Both the position numbers and the translations under genes were made by a program. A DNA stretch of 64,000 nt. Origin: Candidatus Omnitrophota bacterium. GTDB lineage: Bacteria > Omnitrophota > Gorgyraeia > B26-G9. Below are positions 9,992-19,769 of this stretch, piece after piece. Location: positions 49,164 through 113,163 of the forward strand of contig JAHITY010000072.1 in the NCBI GenBank assembly GCA_018817165.1. Reading direction: 5' to 3'. A model generated the notes under the pieces. The model saw only the letters and a list, made by a program, of their open reading frames with translations. It had not been told where the DNA came from and made no database searches. How positions within the stretch are numbered: position 1 is the stretch's first letter; each line of letters starts with the position of its first letter.

Positions 9992-10173
9992 TTTATTAAT
10001 TTATCAGATAGATAAATTTCAGTCAAGATATGTTTTTTCTCTCGGAGATAAACAAGATTTATCCTTTTATTATGACTTGAAAAAAATATGCGATATATGT
10101 TAAAATAAGTCACACTAAAGGTATAGCTTAAAATTAAGGGAGTTTAAATTAATTTTCTAAGGGAGGGGTTTTT

Positions 10174-11574
10174 ATGTATAAATTATTTAGCAAGGGGATT
10201 GCTGGTTTAATAGTATTTTGTTTTATAGCCACAATGAATATATCTAGTGTCTTAGCTCAGGATGCTAAAATTGATGAATCTCAAGTCGCCGGTGAATTTT
10301 TCGGAATGCCTGTTTCTGCGGCAAATTACTATTTTGCTAAAAGGGTTGTAATGACATTTGGCGCAAAATGGCGAGGAACGCCTAAAGACGAAGCAGAGCT
10401 GGAAGATCTTGTTTGGCAAGAACTGCTTTTCTCTTATGAGGCATTTAACCGCGGAATTACAGTTTCTGATCAGGAGATTGATGCAGAAATTGAAAAGATT
10501 TTGCAATCCAATAAAGTGGATTTTAGCTTTAGGGTCGATAAAGAAAAATATCAGCAGTGGGTTAAGGATACTTTAGGCGTGCCTTTAGACGCGTTTAGAA
10601 ACCAAATAGAACATTTAGTAAAGCTAGAAAAACTAAGAACTCAGATTATTGATGGGTTTGATCCTGAAGTTACAGAGGCAGATGCTTATGCTAAATTTCT
10701 GAATGAGTATAATACGCTGATGGTGGAGTTAAAAGAGTTTGGAGATATTGAAACAGCTCAAGAGTTTTATGAAAAGTCAGTGGCTCCCATTTCGGAAAAA
10801 GCTGATGATCAATTGATCTGGAATGACTTGATCTATTCTTATGCAGCTAGTTTGCGAAAATTCAAAGCGCAGGATGCGGATGTGGATAAAACAATTGAAA
10901 CATTATTGCGCAATGATGAAGTTAGTTTTAAATGGAAAGAGGAGTCTGATAAGTATCATCAATGGATTAAGGATAAATTTGATATGAATTCAGCTGATTT
11001 TAGAAATCATATGACAAGTTTGACCACTATCGATGATTTTAGCCGTAAGCTATTAGCTAAAGAACAGCCAGAGATTGAAAATAAAACAAAATTTGGTGAT
11101 TTTCTGAAGAAAAATAAAACAGTTTCTATTGCCTATAATTTCTTTTTTGATACATTTGAGTCTGCCGGACCCGATGTGCTAAGATTTGCTTCAGCTAATC
11201 AGGCAAAGAAGTTTTATGCGAAGGCAGGTAGAGTACCGGGGTTTTGGGAAGATGAGAAAAGAAAAGATCCGTCAGCTTTTAAGGTCCCGGGTTTTGTTGC
11301 TTTAGACTTTCTTATCCATATGTGGGGTTTTACCAAAGAAGATGCTTATAAAATGCTAGATGAACAAATAGGGGCATATTATCCTCCATCGCCGATTTAT
11401 AAAGGATATGGAGTTTTTAAAATAAAAAAAATTCGTAAGGCTGATCCAGCAGAATTTGAGAGTAAAAAAGAGGATTATCTAAAAAAAGTAAAGATGATCA
11501 AACAATATGATATGTATCAACAATGGGTAGATGATTATAAGAAAAAAGCAGTGATAAAAGTTTACATTAAATAG
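10174..11574 (+). CDS. Secreted protein with internally duplicated SurA-N-like (chaperone-like) domain; function unknown
   Basis: 466 aa. Signal peptide 'MYKLFSKGIAGLIVFCFIATMNISSVLAQ'. Two homologous segments ('EDLVWQELLFSYEAF...YQQWVKD' and 'DQLIWNDLIYSYAAS...YHQWIKD'). Good RBS 'aagggagggg' upstream. Confidence 0.55.
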   Translation: MYKLFSKGIAGLIVFCFIATMNISSVLAQDAKIDESQVAGEFFGMPVSAANYYFAKRVVMTFGAKWRGTPKDEAELEDLVWQELLFSYEAFNRGITVSDQEIDAEIEKILQSNKVDFSFRVDKEKYQQWVKDTLGVPLDAFRNQIEHLVKLEKLRTQIIDGFDPEVTEADAYAKFLNEYNTLMVELKEFGDIETAQEFYEKSVAPISEKADDQLIWNDLIYSYAASLRKFKAQDADVDKTIETLLRNDEVSFKWKEESDKYHQWIKDKFDMNSADFRNHMTSLTTIDDFSRKLLAKEQPEIENKTKFGDFLKKNKTVSIAYNFFFDTFESAGPDVLRFASANQAKKFYAKAGRVPGFWEDEKRKDPSAFKVPGFVALDFLIHMWGFTKEDAYKMLDEQIGAYYPPSPIYKGYGVFKIKKIRKADPAEFESKKEDYLKKVKMIKQYDMYQQWVDDYKKKAVIKVYIK

Positions 11575-11576
11575 TA

Positions 11577-12059
11577 ATGGAAAATACTGTTCAGCAGGCT
11601 AAAGCAGAGATATATAAGCGAGATATTGCTAAAAAGGGCAAGCTTCAGATTACGGTTATTGGAAATTCAATGTATCCCTTTTTAAAAAATAAAGACATTA
11701 TTTTCCTTAATCCCGCCAAATTAACAGACATTTATGTTGGTGATATTGTTTTAACTTATAATGGAATGAGGATGCTTTGTCATCGGGTTTTTAAAATAAA
11801 TAAAGATAGCTTTCAGACTAAAGCTGATGCCTTGATTGGTCCTGATTTAATAGTTTGTGAAAATGATTTAATCGGAAAAGTTGTTGAAAAAATTAGCCCT
11901 AAAAACAAAAGAAGAGTTAATGTTTTGCCGGCAAAATGGTCGGGATTTTTTATTTCGAGAGTTATGATTATTGGCGCTTTTTTTTATATTCCTGCAAGAC
12001 TGCTAAGAAAAATATGGAGAGCTTTAATCTCTTTTTTATCTTTTCAAAGACAACCTTAA
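11577..12059 (+). CDS. S24/S26-family (signal-peptidase-I-like) serine peptidase, possibly SipW/ER-type Ser-His
   Basis: 160 aa. 'VIGNSMYPFLKNKDIIF' resembles the GDSMxPTL nucleophile box. 'LCHRVFKI' is a candidate His box. 'GDIVL' box and a C-terminal TM helix. Confidence 0.45.
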   Translation: MENTVQQAKAEIYKRDIAKKGKLQITVIGNSMYPFLKNKDIIFLNPAKLTDIYVGDIVLTYNGMRMLCHRVFKINKDSFQTKADALIGPDLIVCENDLIGKVVEKISPKNKRRVNVLPAKWSGFFISRVMIIGAFFYIPARLLRKIWRALISFLSFQRQP

Positions 12060-12062
12060 GAT

Positions 12063-13223
12063 TTGTATAATATGCATAATTATAGAAACGCGATTAATTC
12101 TGAAGCGAGCATAGATAAGCTGATTATCGCTTGTTTGCGCAATTCGGCTGATTGTCAATTGGCGCTAGAAAGCGTGGATTTGCCTCATTTTAACTGGCAG
12201 CTTTTTTTGAAGAAAATTTTCAGTGAGGGGGTTGCTGGATTATTATTTGATAATTTTAGTAAATGGGGCTTGGGAAAGAAATTACCGGATTGGGTCTTAG
12301 CTGAAATAAAACAAAATTATATGCGCAATCTGGGCAGAAATTTATTGATTGCTACTTATTTAGAAAGTGTATTGCAAACTTTCGAGGAAAATCAATTAGA
12401 GGTATTGCTGCTGCGCGGAGCTGATTTTTTAAGCCGATTATACCCGAAGCTGGGCAGCCGGACGATGAGTGATGTTGATTTAGTAATTCATAAAGAAGAT
12501 ATATCCAAAGTTAAGAGTTGTTTGGAAGCTCTTGGCTATCGGCATCCTCAAGGCTATCAATTCCTGTTTGATAACAATGTTTTATTTATAGACCTGCATA
12601 TAGACTATATTGGCTCTTATAAATTAGCGCAGAATTCTTCGTCTCCGACTATAAAAAACCAAGTTATTTGGATGGATGCAATTCCTTTTAAAAGTAATGC
12701 TGTTTATGTTAAGACATTATCAGTTTACGATGCTATTGTCAGTTGTTGCGCCCATTTACAGGAGCATTCATTTTCCAAGCTGATCTGGTTTTATGATATT
12801 CGAAATCTTATAGCTGAAAGCAAAGATGCTTTTGATTGGGATAATTTGATTTTAAAAGCTAGACAGTTTGATTTGGAAAAACCAGTTTTTTATGTGTTAA
12901 GTTACTTGAATATTAATAGGATTTTAAGTGTTCCGGATAAAGTAATGCAGGAACTTCCCTTGCTTAAATTAAATGGTTTGGAAAAGAAATCGCTTAAAAT
13001 GCTATTGAGTTATAGGCGAAGCGATATTTCGGGGGAACTGCTTTATGTTTTTTCTAAAAAAGGATTAATTTCCAAGTTTAAATGTCTATGGCAGTCAATA
13101 TTTATTGATAAAGAGAATTTTCATTTGTCTGTAGAAAAAATAACATTTTGGCATTATCTGAAGCGATTTTTTTCTATGAGCTTGTATGGAATTCGGAAAA
13201 TGTTTAAGCTGATCGTTACTTAA
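12063..13223 (+). CDS. Nucleotidyltransferase-family protein (NTP_transf_5-like) of the HprK-related/PqqD/rSAM cassette
   Basis: 386 aa. 'LLLRGADFLSRLYPKLGSRTMSDVDLVIHKED' is the G-x-D...D-x-D minimal nucleotidyltransferase signature seen in 'uncharacterised nucleotidyltransferase' proteins of RiPP-like clusters. Confidence 0.55.
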   Translation: MYNMHNYRNAINSEASIDKLIIACLRNSADCQLALESVDLPHFNWQLFLKKIFSEGVAGLLFDNFSKWGLGKKLPDWVLAEIKQNYMRNLGRNLLIATYLESVLQTFEENQLEVLLLRGADFLSRLYPKLGSRTMSDVDLVIHKEDISKVKSCLEALGYRHPQGYQFLFDNNVLFIDLHIDYIGSYKLAQNSSSPTIKNQVIWMDAIPFKSNAVYVKTLSVYDAIVSCCAHLQEHSFSKLIWFYDIRNLIAESKDAFDWDNLILKARQFDLEKPVFYVLSYLNINRILSVPDKVMQELPLLKLNGLEKKSLKMLLSYRRSDISGELLYVFSKKGLISKFKCLWQSIFIDKENFHLSVEKITFWHYLKRFFSMSLYGIRKMFKLIVT

Positions 13224-13226
13224 ATA

Positions 13227-14048
13227 ATGAAAAATAGAGAAAGCCAAGTGATGGATTTATTAATTGGCGGTATATATATTAAAATCAAGAGCAATAATTC
13301 TTATTTTTTAAGGAAAACGGCAGATGAGTTTAAGTCATTTGTTTTAGAAAATAAGACAAGTGATTATTTTTTGATTGAAGTGATTGATGATTATATACCT
13401 AAAGAAATTGACGCTATTAGTGTTAAGAGAAAAGATAGTGTTTTTAAAGCCCAGGCGGATGAGTTTATTGCGAGCATTGATCTGGGGAAAAAGATAGCTA
13501 AAGTGCATGTAGCTGATCTGGCAGGGGTTTTTAATTGTTTCCTTAGGGTGTTTTATTCAATTGTCCTATTGGACAATAATGGTTTCTTGGTTCACGCGGC
13601 TGGATTGTCTTTTCAAGGGAAGGGGTATGTGTTTTCCGGAGCTTCAGAAAGCGGCAAAACAACCACTGCAAGAATGGCGCAGGATTGTAAGGTTTTCAGC
13701 GATGAACTGGTTCTTATTAGGCAAATTAACAAACACAATTTTATTTATTCAACGCCGTTTCATGGTGAATTTGAGGGGGATATCTTAAGTGATTGTGTTG
13801 ATTTGGAGGCATTAGCTTTTTTAAGTAAGGATATTCCCCGGGGATACAAGCGATTAAGCAAAATAGAAATATTTACTAGTTTAATGGTAAATATTTTCTT
13901 TTTTTCCTGGGATGATGAATCTAATCAGAAATTGATCAACCTAGTTAGCTGTATAGGTGAAAGTCAAAGTGGTTATAAGGTTGATTTATTTAATTATGAT
14001 ATTAGGAGGGTTATTAATGGAATCAGTAAAAACAATAATTCGCAATAA
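13227..14048 (+). CDS. HPr kinase/phosphorylase C-terminal-domain-like protein (HprK-related kinase)
   Basis: 273 aa. 'VHAAGLSFQGKGYVFSGASESGKTTTA' matches the HprK P-loop region (H-x-x-x-L...G-x-S-G-x-G-K-S/T). Confidence 0.65.
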   Translation: MKNRESQVMDLLIGGIYIKIKSNNSYFLRKTADEFKSFVLENKTSDYFLIEVIDDYIPKEIDAISVKRKDSVFKAQADEFIASIDLGKKIAKVHVADLAGVFNCFLRVFYSIVLLDNNGFLVHAAGLSFQGKGYVFSGASESGKTTTARMAQDCKVFSDELVLIRQINKHNFIYSTPFHGEFEGDILSDCVDLEALAFLSKDIPRGYKRLSKIEIFTSLMVNIFFFSWDDESNQKLINLVSCIGESQSGYKVDLFNYDIRRVINGISKNNNSQ

Positions 14049-14292
14049 TAAAGCAGCGTGGCAGCAAGTAGAGGATAATGTAATTGTTGTTACCAGTCAG
14101 ACAAGAAAAATGCATATTCTCGAAGGAGTTGGTGGCAGGATTTGGCAATTGCTTGAAAATCCTATGAGTAGGAATGAATTAATTGAAAAAATTCAAATAG
14201 AATATGATGCTCCTCCATGGCAAATACAGGAAGATATCGATAATTTTCTAAAAGAATTATCAGAAAAATTAATAATTAAAATAAATGGATAA
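14017..14292 (+). CDS. PqqD-family protein (RiPP recognition element / peptide chaperone)
   Basis: The ORF track starts at 13957, overlapping the HprK-like gene. The in-frame ATG at 14017 gives a ~91-aa protein 'MESVKTIIRNNKAAWQQVEDNVIVVTSQ...HILEGVGGRIWQLLENPMSRNELIEKIQIEYDAPPWQIQEDIDNFLKELSEK', which is the canonical PqqD fold sequence. Confidence 0.75.
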   Translation: MESVKTIIRNNKAAWQQVEDNVIVVTSQTRKMHILEGVGGRIWQLLENPMSRNELIEKIQIEYDAPPWQIQEDIDNFLKELSEKLIIKING

Positions 14293-15322
14293 GCAGATGC
14301 AAACTATTTGGAGCAAAGTTAAAGCGGATTTAAAACAAAAAGCAATCCCGATTGATGTTGTGCTTGAGTTGACTCGGAAATGTAATCTGAGTTGCTGTCA
14401 TTGTTATAATTTTAAAGATAATGCAGAGCTTAGTTTTGTCCAGGTTAAGGATATTGCCAGGCAATTAAGACAGGCAGGAACTTTATTTTTATCATTAACC
14501 GGCGGGGAAATTTTTACAAAAGCGGATATTTTTGAAATCTGTTTTTATTTGCGTCAGAGTTGCTTTGCTCTATCGATATTTACGAATGGAACCTTAATAA
14601 ATCAGAGCAATATCAAGATTATCCGGGAATTAGATCTTAATGAAGTGGGAATCAGCATACAGGGGGCAATAGCAAAAACTCATGACAAGATTGTTGGTTG
14701 TCAGGGGGCTTTTGCTAAATCAATAAACGCGATAAAATTATTGAAAAACGCTCAAATTCCGGTTAATTTAAAATGCACATTAATGCAAGATAACTTTGCG
14801 GAATATCATGATTTGATCAAGCTGGCAAGTGAACTGGGGGTGCCTTATATTATTGACCCGGTTGTTTCGCCAAAAGATGATGGCTCAAAAGATGTTTTAG
14901 CGCATCGCTTAGATGAAAAACAATTGTTTGATTTTTATCAAAATGAGTTACTCGAACAAAATAGTTTTATGCAAAAAAAAGAAGAAGATCCTGATGCTGA
15001 TTTCAGTTGTCCGGCAGGAACGGTTATGGCGAGTATTTCGGCAAAAGGAGATGTTTATCCTTGTATTCAGCTTCCCAAAAAGTTAGGTAATGTGTTTGAT
15101 ACTGATTTTAGAGGAATTTGGGAAAATTCAAAATTTTTAACTGAGCTAAGAGAAAAAACAAATATTCCGGCTTGTCGTAATTGCCGATTAGCGGCTTATT
15201 GCACCAGATGTCCTGGCTTAGCCTATCTTGAAGACGGAAATGCCTTTGGGATATCAAGCATTGCTTGCATTAATGCCGCGGTTTATGAGAAAATAGTAAA
15301 GCAAGAAACCTTAAACAAATGA
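14285..15322 (+). CDS. Radical SAM enzyme with C-terminal SPASM domain (peptide-modifying maturase-like)
   Basis: 345 aa. 'CNLSCCHCYN' (CxxxCxxC), 'SLTGGEIF', and the C-terminal Cys cluster 'CPAGTVMASISAKGDVYPCIQ ... CRNCRLAAYCTRCPG' (SPASM). Confidence 0.85.
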   Translation: MDKQMQTIWSKVKADLKQKAIPIDVVLELTRKCNLSCCHCYNFKDNAELSFVQVKDIARQLRQAGTLFLSLTGGEIFTKADIFEICFYLRQSCFALSIFTNGTLINQSNIKIIRELDLNEVGISIQGAIAKTHDKIVGCQGAFAKSINAIKLLKNAQIPVNLKCTLMQDNFAEYHDLIKLASELGVPYIIDPVVSPKDDGSKDVLAHRLDEKQLFDFYQNELLEQNSFMQKKEEDPDADFSCPAGTVMASISAKGDVYPCIQLPKKLGNVFDTDFRGIWENSKFLTELREKTNIPACRNCRLAAYCTRCPGLAYLEDGNAFGISSIACINAAVYEKIVKQETLNK

Positions 15323-17274
15323 GGATTATGAATAATCGATTGATTAAAAAACTTACGATTCAAATAATTATTATAGTGGTGATTATTGCCGCAGTATTTT
15401 CCTTTCTAATTAGTATGCAGACCAAAGAGCTTAAGTCTCGGATCATTGATAAGGCGGGGTTGTTTTCGTCTATTCTGGGAGCGCATCTAGATAATATAAT
15501 CGAAAATAATTTACGGGCATATGAAGCTTTGCAGCAAAATGTTGTGCAATTAACCAAAGATAATCAGGATATTGAAGAAATCAGTATTATTGCTCAGGAA
15601 AAAGTAGTTATCGCTGCCAGTGATAAAAATCTGATTGGTAAGGTTCCAGAGTTCGCGCATATCGCGATAATTGATGATGTTATTAAAACTAAACGTTCAA
15701 GAGCGATTGTCAGCTCTGAATTGGGGCGGGAGATTGTGATCCATTTCTTACCTTTATTCGCTGCGGATATAAATAAAAATGAGCTGTTGGGAATTATGCA
15801 GATGAAAGCAAAATTTCCTTCGCAAAAGGGCGAGATCGTCACTGCTTTGCGAAAAAATCGAAATGCTTACTATAAAGAAGAGGCTTTGCGTTTTGCGACG
15901 TCTCTTTCCAAATCGCTGGAAATTGTTTTAGGGGAAGTCAAAAGAAACTCGACTTATCTTGATGAATTAATCAGCAATATGTTAAAAGATAAGGAAATCC
16001 GAGATATAAAAATATTTTTAAAAGATTTAGAGTTTTTAATATCAGCAACTAAGGGCAGAGGTAATTTGGCTTTAACAGAGCAAGAAAAATCAATTTTTCT
16101 TAAAGTGATGCAAGATGAAAAAATAATGACCCATACAGTGGGAAAAAAAGAATATTTAACTGAAATTATCAGCCCGCTATATATAAGTTTAGATAATCAG
16201 AAAAAATCGCTGGGCGCGGTGGGAATTGTGATTTCAGCGGAGCAGGTGACTTCTTTGATTCGCATACGGAGAAATTACATTATTTTAATGAGTTTTGTGA
16301 TTATCTGTGCTTTTGTGTTGATAATCGGAATATTTTTTAAGCTGTCGATTATTCGACCGATTCGGGATCTTATAAATATGACTAAAGGGATTGCCCTGGG
16401 AGATTTTTCTAAAAAAGTTATGCTGGCGGCTAATGATGAAATAGGAGATTTAACCAAGGCATTTAATCATATGGCAGATGAACTGTCAAGTTCAAAGCAG
16501 GAAATTGAAGATTGGAATCTGCGGCTGCAAGATAAAATTGAAGCAGTGACCAAGGATCTTAATGCTAAACAGCAAATGCTGATTGAATCAGAAAAAATGG
16601 CTTCTCTGGGCGTTTTATCCGCAGGGATCGCGCATGAAATCAATAATCCCTTGGGGGTTATTTTAGGGCATGCTCAAATGCTGATAAAAGAATTAAAAGA
16701 AAAAAAATCATTAGATAATCCTCAAGAATCAATTCAGATGCTGGAGACAATTGAAAGTTATACTAGGCGCTGTTCATATATTGTAAATAGTTTAATTCAA
16801 TTTGCCAGGGAAAAACAAATGCAGATGATTGATGTGGATGTGAATCAGGCAATAGAAAATGCTTTGATTTTTACGCAGAACCGGATATCGAATAAAAGCA
16901 TTGAAATCGTTAAAACCCTCGAAGAAAATCTGCCAAATATCGCTGCTGATCAGATTCATCTGGAGCAGGTGTTTATTAATATTATTCTGAATGCTGAAGC
17001 AAGCATGCCGCAAGGCGGGAGCCTTAAAATTTCTACTCAGAAAACTAATGCACAAATAAAAGTTTTATTCGAAGATAATGGCCAAGGGATTTCTAAGGAT
17101 GATATGAATCGGATTTTTGAGCCGTTCTTTTCCACCAAAGATCCGGGCAAAGGTTCCGGCTTGGGATTGTCATTAAGTTATGGGATTATCCAGGCGCATG
17201 GAGGGGATATAAAGATCGTCAGTAAAAAAAATAAAGGGACATTGGTTGAAGTTTTATTACCGCTTAAGGGGTAA
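15319..17274 (+). CDS. Sensor histidine kinase (periplasmic sensor domain, TM, HAMP, HisKA, HATPase_c)
   Basis: 651 aa. N-terminal TM, second TM ~aa 320 followed by a HAMP-like segment. H-box 'SAGIAHEINNPLGVILGHAQML'. N/G boxes 'IILNAEASMPQGG', 'FEDNGQGI', 'GSGLGLSLSYGII'. 4-nt overlap with the rSAM gene. Confidence 0.85.
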   Translation: MRIMNNRLIKKLTIQIIIIVVIIAAVFSFLISMQTKELKSRIIDKAGLFSSILGAHLDNIIENNLRAYEALQQNVVQLTKDNQDIEEISIIAQEKVVIAASDKNLIGKVPEFAHIAIIDDVIKTKRSRAIVSSELGREIVIHFLPLFAADINKNELLGIMQMKAKFPSQKGEIVTALRKNRNAYYKEEALRFATSLSKSLEIVLGEVKRNSTYLDELISNMLKDKEIRDIKIFLKDLEFLISATKGRGNLALTEQEKSIFLKVMQDEKIMTHTVGKKEYLTEIISPLYISLDNQKKSLGAVGIVISAEQVTSLIRIRRNYIILMSFVIICAFVLIIGIFFKLSIIRPIRDLINMTKGIALGDFSKKVMLAANDEIGDLTKAFNHMADELSSSKQEIEDWNLRLQDKIEAVTKDLNAKQQMLIESEKMASLGVLSAGIAHEINNPLGVILGHAQMLIKELKEKKSLDNPQESIQMLETIESYTRRCSYIVNSLIQFAREKQMQMIDVDVNQAIENALIFTQNRISNKSIEIVKTLEENLPNIAADQIHLEQVFINIILNAEASMPQGGSLKISTQKTNAQIKVLFEDNGQGISKDDMNRIFEPFFSTKDPGKGSGLGLSLSYGIIQAHGGDIKIVSKKNKGTLVEVLLPLKG

Positions 17275-17283
17275 ATTAGAAAA

Positions 17284-18663
17284 ATGAAAAAAGAACATAT
17301 TCTAGTTGTAGATGATGAACCGGGAATGCGGCAGTTTTTAAATAAACTGTTAAGCGATAATGGTTATAAAATTTCAACAGCGGAAAATGGAAATGATGCA
17401 CTTGATTTAATCGCGAAACAGGTCCCGGATTTGGCAATAATTGATTTTAAAATGCCGGGCATGGATGGATTACAGTTATTAAGCAAGATAAAAGAAAAGT
17501 TTCCCCAAGTAACTGTGATCATGATGACAGCTTATGGCACAATGGAGAACGCTATCCGGGCAATCAAATCAGGAGCATATGATTATCTTTCTAAGCCTTT
17601 TGAGATTGAATCAATATTGTTGGTTATAAATAAGGCTTTAGAGAAAAAACGTTTAGAAGCGGAAAACCTAACCTTACGCCAAGAGCTTAAAAAAACCTAT
17701 ACTTTTTCTGATATTATTTCCGAAAACGCGGCAATGCATAAAATATTTGATCTGATTAAAAAAGTCGCGCCAACTAAAAGTACAGTTTTAATCCAAGGCC
17801 AGACCGGAACAGGCAAAGAACTAGTTGCTCGAGCGATTCATGCTTTAAGTCCCAGGCAGGAAAAGAATTTTGTGCCGGTTGATTGCGCGGCTTTAACGGA
17901 AAGTCTGCTGGAGAGTGAATTGTTTGGCCATGTAAGAGGGGCGTTTACCGGCGCCAGCCAGGATAAAAAGGGCTTGTTTGAAGTTGCGGATGGCGGAACA
18001 ATCTTTCTCGATGAAATTGGGCATATTTCCAAAGAAGTGCAGGCAAAACTTTTAAGAGTATTGCAGGATGGTGATATCAAAAGGGTGGGCGAAGCATTGA
18101 CCAGAACAGTTGATGTGCGATTGATTGCAGCCAGCAATGAAGATATTGAAAAAGCGGTTAAGCAAGGGACTTTTCGGGAAGACCTTTTTTATCGTTTGAA
18201 TGTAGTGCCGGTTTGGATTCCAGCGCTGATGGACAGAGCGGAAGATATTCCGATGCTGGTAGAGCACTTTATTTTAAAATACAATCGGATTGAAGCAAAA
18301 AAAGTCGAGGGCATGACCAGTACTGCTTTAAAAATCTTGATGGAGTATTCTTGGCCTGGTAATGTTCGGGAGTTGGAAAATATTATTCACCGGGCAGTGG
18401 TTATGGCTACAGAGGCTAAGATTGACCTTGCGGATTTGCCGCAGGTTGTAAGAATTGCTCCGACCGCTGACCTAAGAGACAAGTCGCGTACGCTTAATTT
18501 TAAAAAGGCAAAGCAAAGGGCGATAGAGGTTTTTGAACAGAGGTTCTTAACAGAGGCCCTTATGCGGCATGAAGGAAATGTGAGCCGGACAGCTAAAGAG
18601 ATAGGCCTGGACAGAAGGAACCTACACAAAAAATTAAAAAGTTACAAGATAAAATCCCGCTAA
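17284..18663 (+). CDS. Sigma-54-dependent response regulator (NtrC family: REC + AAA+ sigma-54 activator + Fis-type HTH)
   Basis: 459 aa. REC 'ILVVDDEPGMRQFL...DFKMPGMDG'. Walker A 'GQTGTGKELVARAIH'. 'GAFTGA' motif present verbatim ('VRGAFTGAS'). C-terminal 'NVSRTAKEIGLDRRNLHKKLK' HTH. Confidence 0.9.
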   Translation: MKKEHILVVDDEPGMRQFLNKLLSDNGYKISTAENGNDALDLIAKQVPDLAIIDFKMPGMDGLQLLSKIKEKFPQVTVIMMTAYGTMENAIRAIKSGAYDYLSKPFEIESILLVINKALEKKRLEAENLTLRQELKKTYTFSDIISENAAMHKIFDLIKKVAPTKSTVLIQGQTGTGKELVARAIHALSPRQEKNFVPVDCAALTESLLESELFGHVRGAFTGASQDKKGLFEVADGGTIFLDEIGHISKEVQAKLLRVLQDGDIKRVGEALTRTVDVRLIAASNEDIEKAVKQGTFREDLFYRLNVVPVWIPALMDRAEDIPMLVEHFILKYNRIEAKKVEGMTSTALKILMEYSWPGNVRELENIIHRAVVMATEAKIDLADLPQVVRIAPTADLRDKSRTLNFKKAKQRAIEVFEQRFLTEALMRHEGNVSRTAKEIGLDRRNLHKKLKSYKIKSR

Positions 18664-18664
18664 T

Positions 18665-18760
18665 TTCCCCTTTCTTAAAACATAAAAAATACTTAAAAAT
18701 CTCCATAAGTAACAAAACAAGCAATGCTTGAAATGTAATAAATTGTAGTTTAAAATAATA
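18665..18760. repeat. Left copy of a ~90-bp direct repeat flanking the RAYT-like gene; contains the palindrome AAGCAaTGCTT (18719..18729)
   Basis: 'cccctttcttaaaacataaaaaatac...ccataagtaacaaaacaagcaatgcttgaaatgtaataaatt' is matched by 19770..19865. Confidence 0.6.
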
Positions 18761-18779
18761 TGGAGGAAAAGGAGGGAAA

Positions 18780-19631
18780 ATGAGAAAGGTAGAAGGGGTT
18801 CCGCTGGCTAGGGAAAGAATAATCTATCCTAATGCTGTTTATCATATTACGCACCGGGCGCCGGGGCGAGAGATGCTATTCCTCGAAGATAGTGATTATC
18901 TTTACATGCTTTCCTTGTTAAAAAGTATTCCGCAGAAATTTAGCTGGAAGATATTTTCATTTTGCTTGATGCCTAATCATTTGCATTTATTGGTTCGAAT
19001 AAAAGATGTAAATCTTTCGCTGGGAGCAAAATATTTATTTGAAAAATACGCAAAATATCTTAACGCGAAATATTCAAGAAAAGGTCCGGTTTTTTGTAAG
19101 CCTTTTAGGGCGAGTTTATGCTTGAATGATAAATATTTGCTTGCTATTTCTTTGTATATTCATTTGAATCCATTTAAAGCCGGATTAATTATGGAATTGA
19201 GTAAATACAGGTGGAGTTCTTTGAATTTATTTATAGGAAGAATTAGTACTCAAAGTTTTGTTGATTGTGATTTTATCTTAAATATGTTAAACGACAATAC
19301 TGAGAAATCAAAAGAAATATATATTAATTTAATAAACGATGCGATAAATGTCCGGCTAAATGCTATTTCTCAGGATCGCAATGCCTTAAACAATTTTAGG
19401 CTGGAATTTGCTTATTACATGAAATCAAAAAATAAGGTAGATAACGTTGATGAAGACACATTGAAGCTATGTGAGGAAATAGAAAGAAGTAAAAAAAACA
19501 AGCAGTGCACTCATCCGGAAGATGTAGCTGCTCTAAAATATCTAGGGAGCAGCTACTTGCCAACGGCTATACAATTTCAGAAATTGCCAAAATGCTGCAC
19601 AAAAGCCGACAGCTTATTTCCCGCAAATTAA
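18780..19631 (+). CDS. HuH Y1 transposase-like protein (IS200-like / REP-associated tyrosine transposase RAYT family) with C-terminal extension
   Basis: 283 aa. 'YHITHRA', HuH motif 'MPNHLHLLV', catalytic-Tyr region 'YIHLNPFKAGLIMELSKYRWSS' (cf. the Y-x-H-x-NP...GLV...W-SS motif of RayT/IS200 TnpA). Strong RBS 'ggaggaaaaggagggaaaATG'. Confidence 0.7.
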   Translation: MRKVEGVPLARERIIYPNAVYHITHRAPGREMLFLEDSDYLYMLSLLKSIPQKFSWKIFSFCLMPNHLHLLVRIKDVNLSLGAKYLFEKYAKYLNAKYSRKGPVFCKPFRASLCLNDKYLLAISLYIHLNPFKAGLIMELSKYRWSSLNLFIGRISTQSFVDCDFILNMLNDNTEKSKEIYINLINDAINVRLNAISQDRNALNNFRLEFAYYMKSKNKVDNVDEDTLKLCEEIERSKKNKQCTHPEDVAALKYLGSSYLPTAIQFQKLPKCCTKADSLFPAN

Positions 19632-19769
19632 TCAAGTAATCCTGTTTACTGCTAAAAATAATCAAATATAACATAAAGAGCATTGCTTATAATGTTATAT
19701 TTGGCTTGGATAGAGAAATATGGATAAAAAATTAAGGTTTTACCAGATAAATCTTCGCAAGTCTCCCTT

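Noticed and set aside
13561-13788. 75-aa plus-strand ORF inside the HprK-related kinase gene, considered as a possible hidden precursor peptide for the rSAM/PqqD cassette
   Set aside because: It is fully embedded out-of-frame within a well-supported CDS with a conserved P-loop, has no RBS, and its sequence is not Cys/Gly/Ser-rich like typical SPASM substrates. It is most likely an overlapping-frame artefact.
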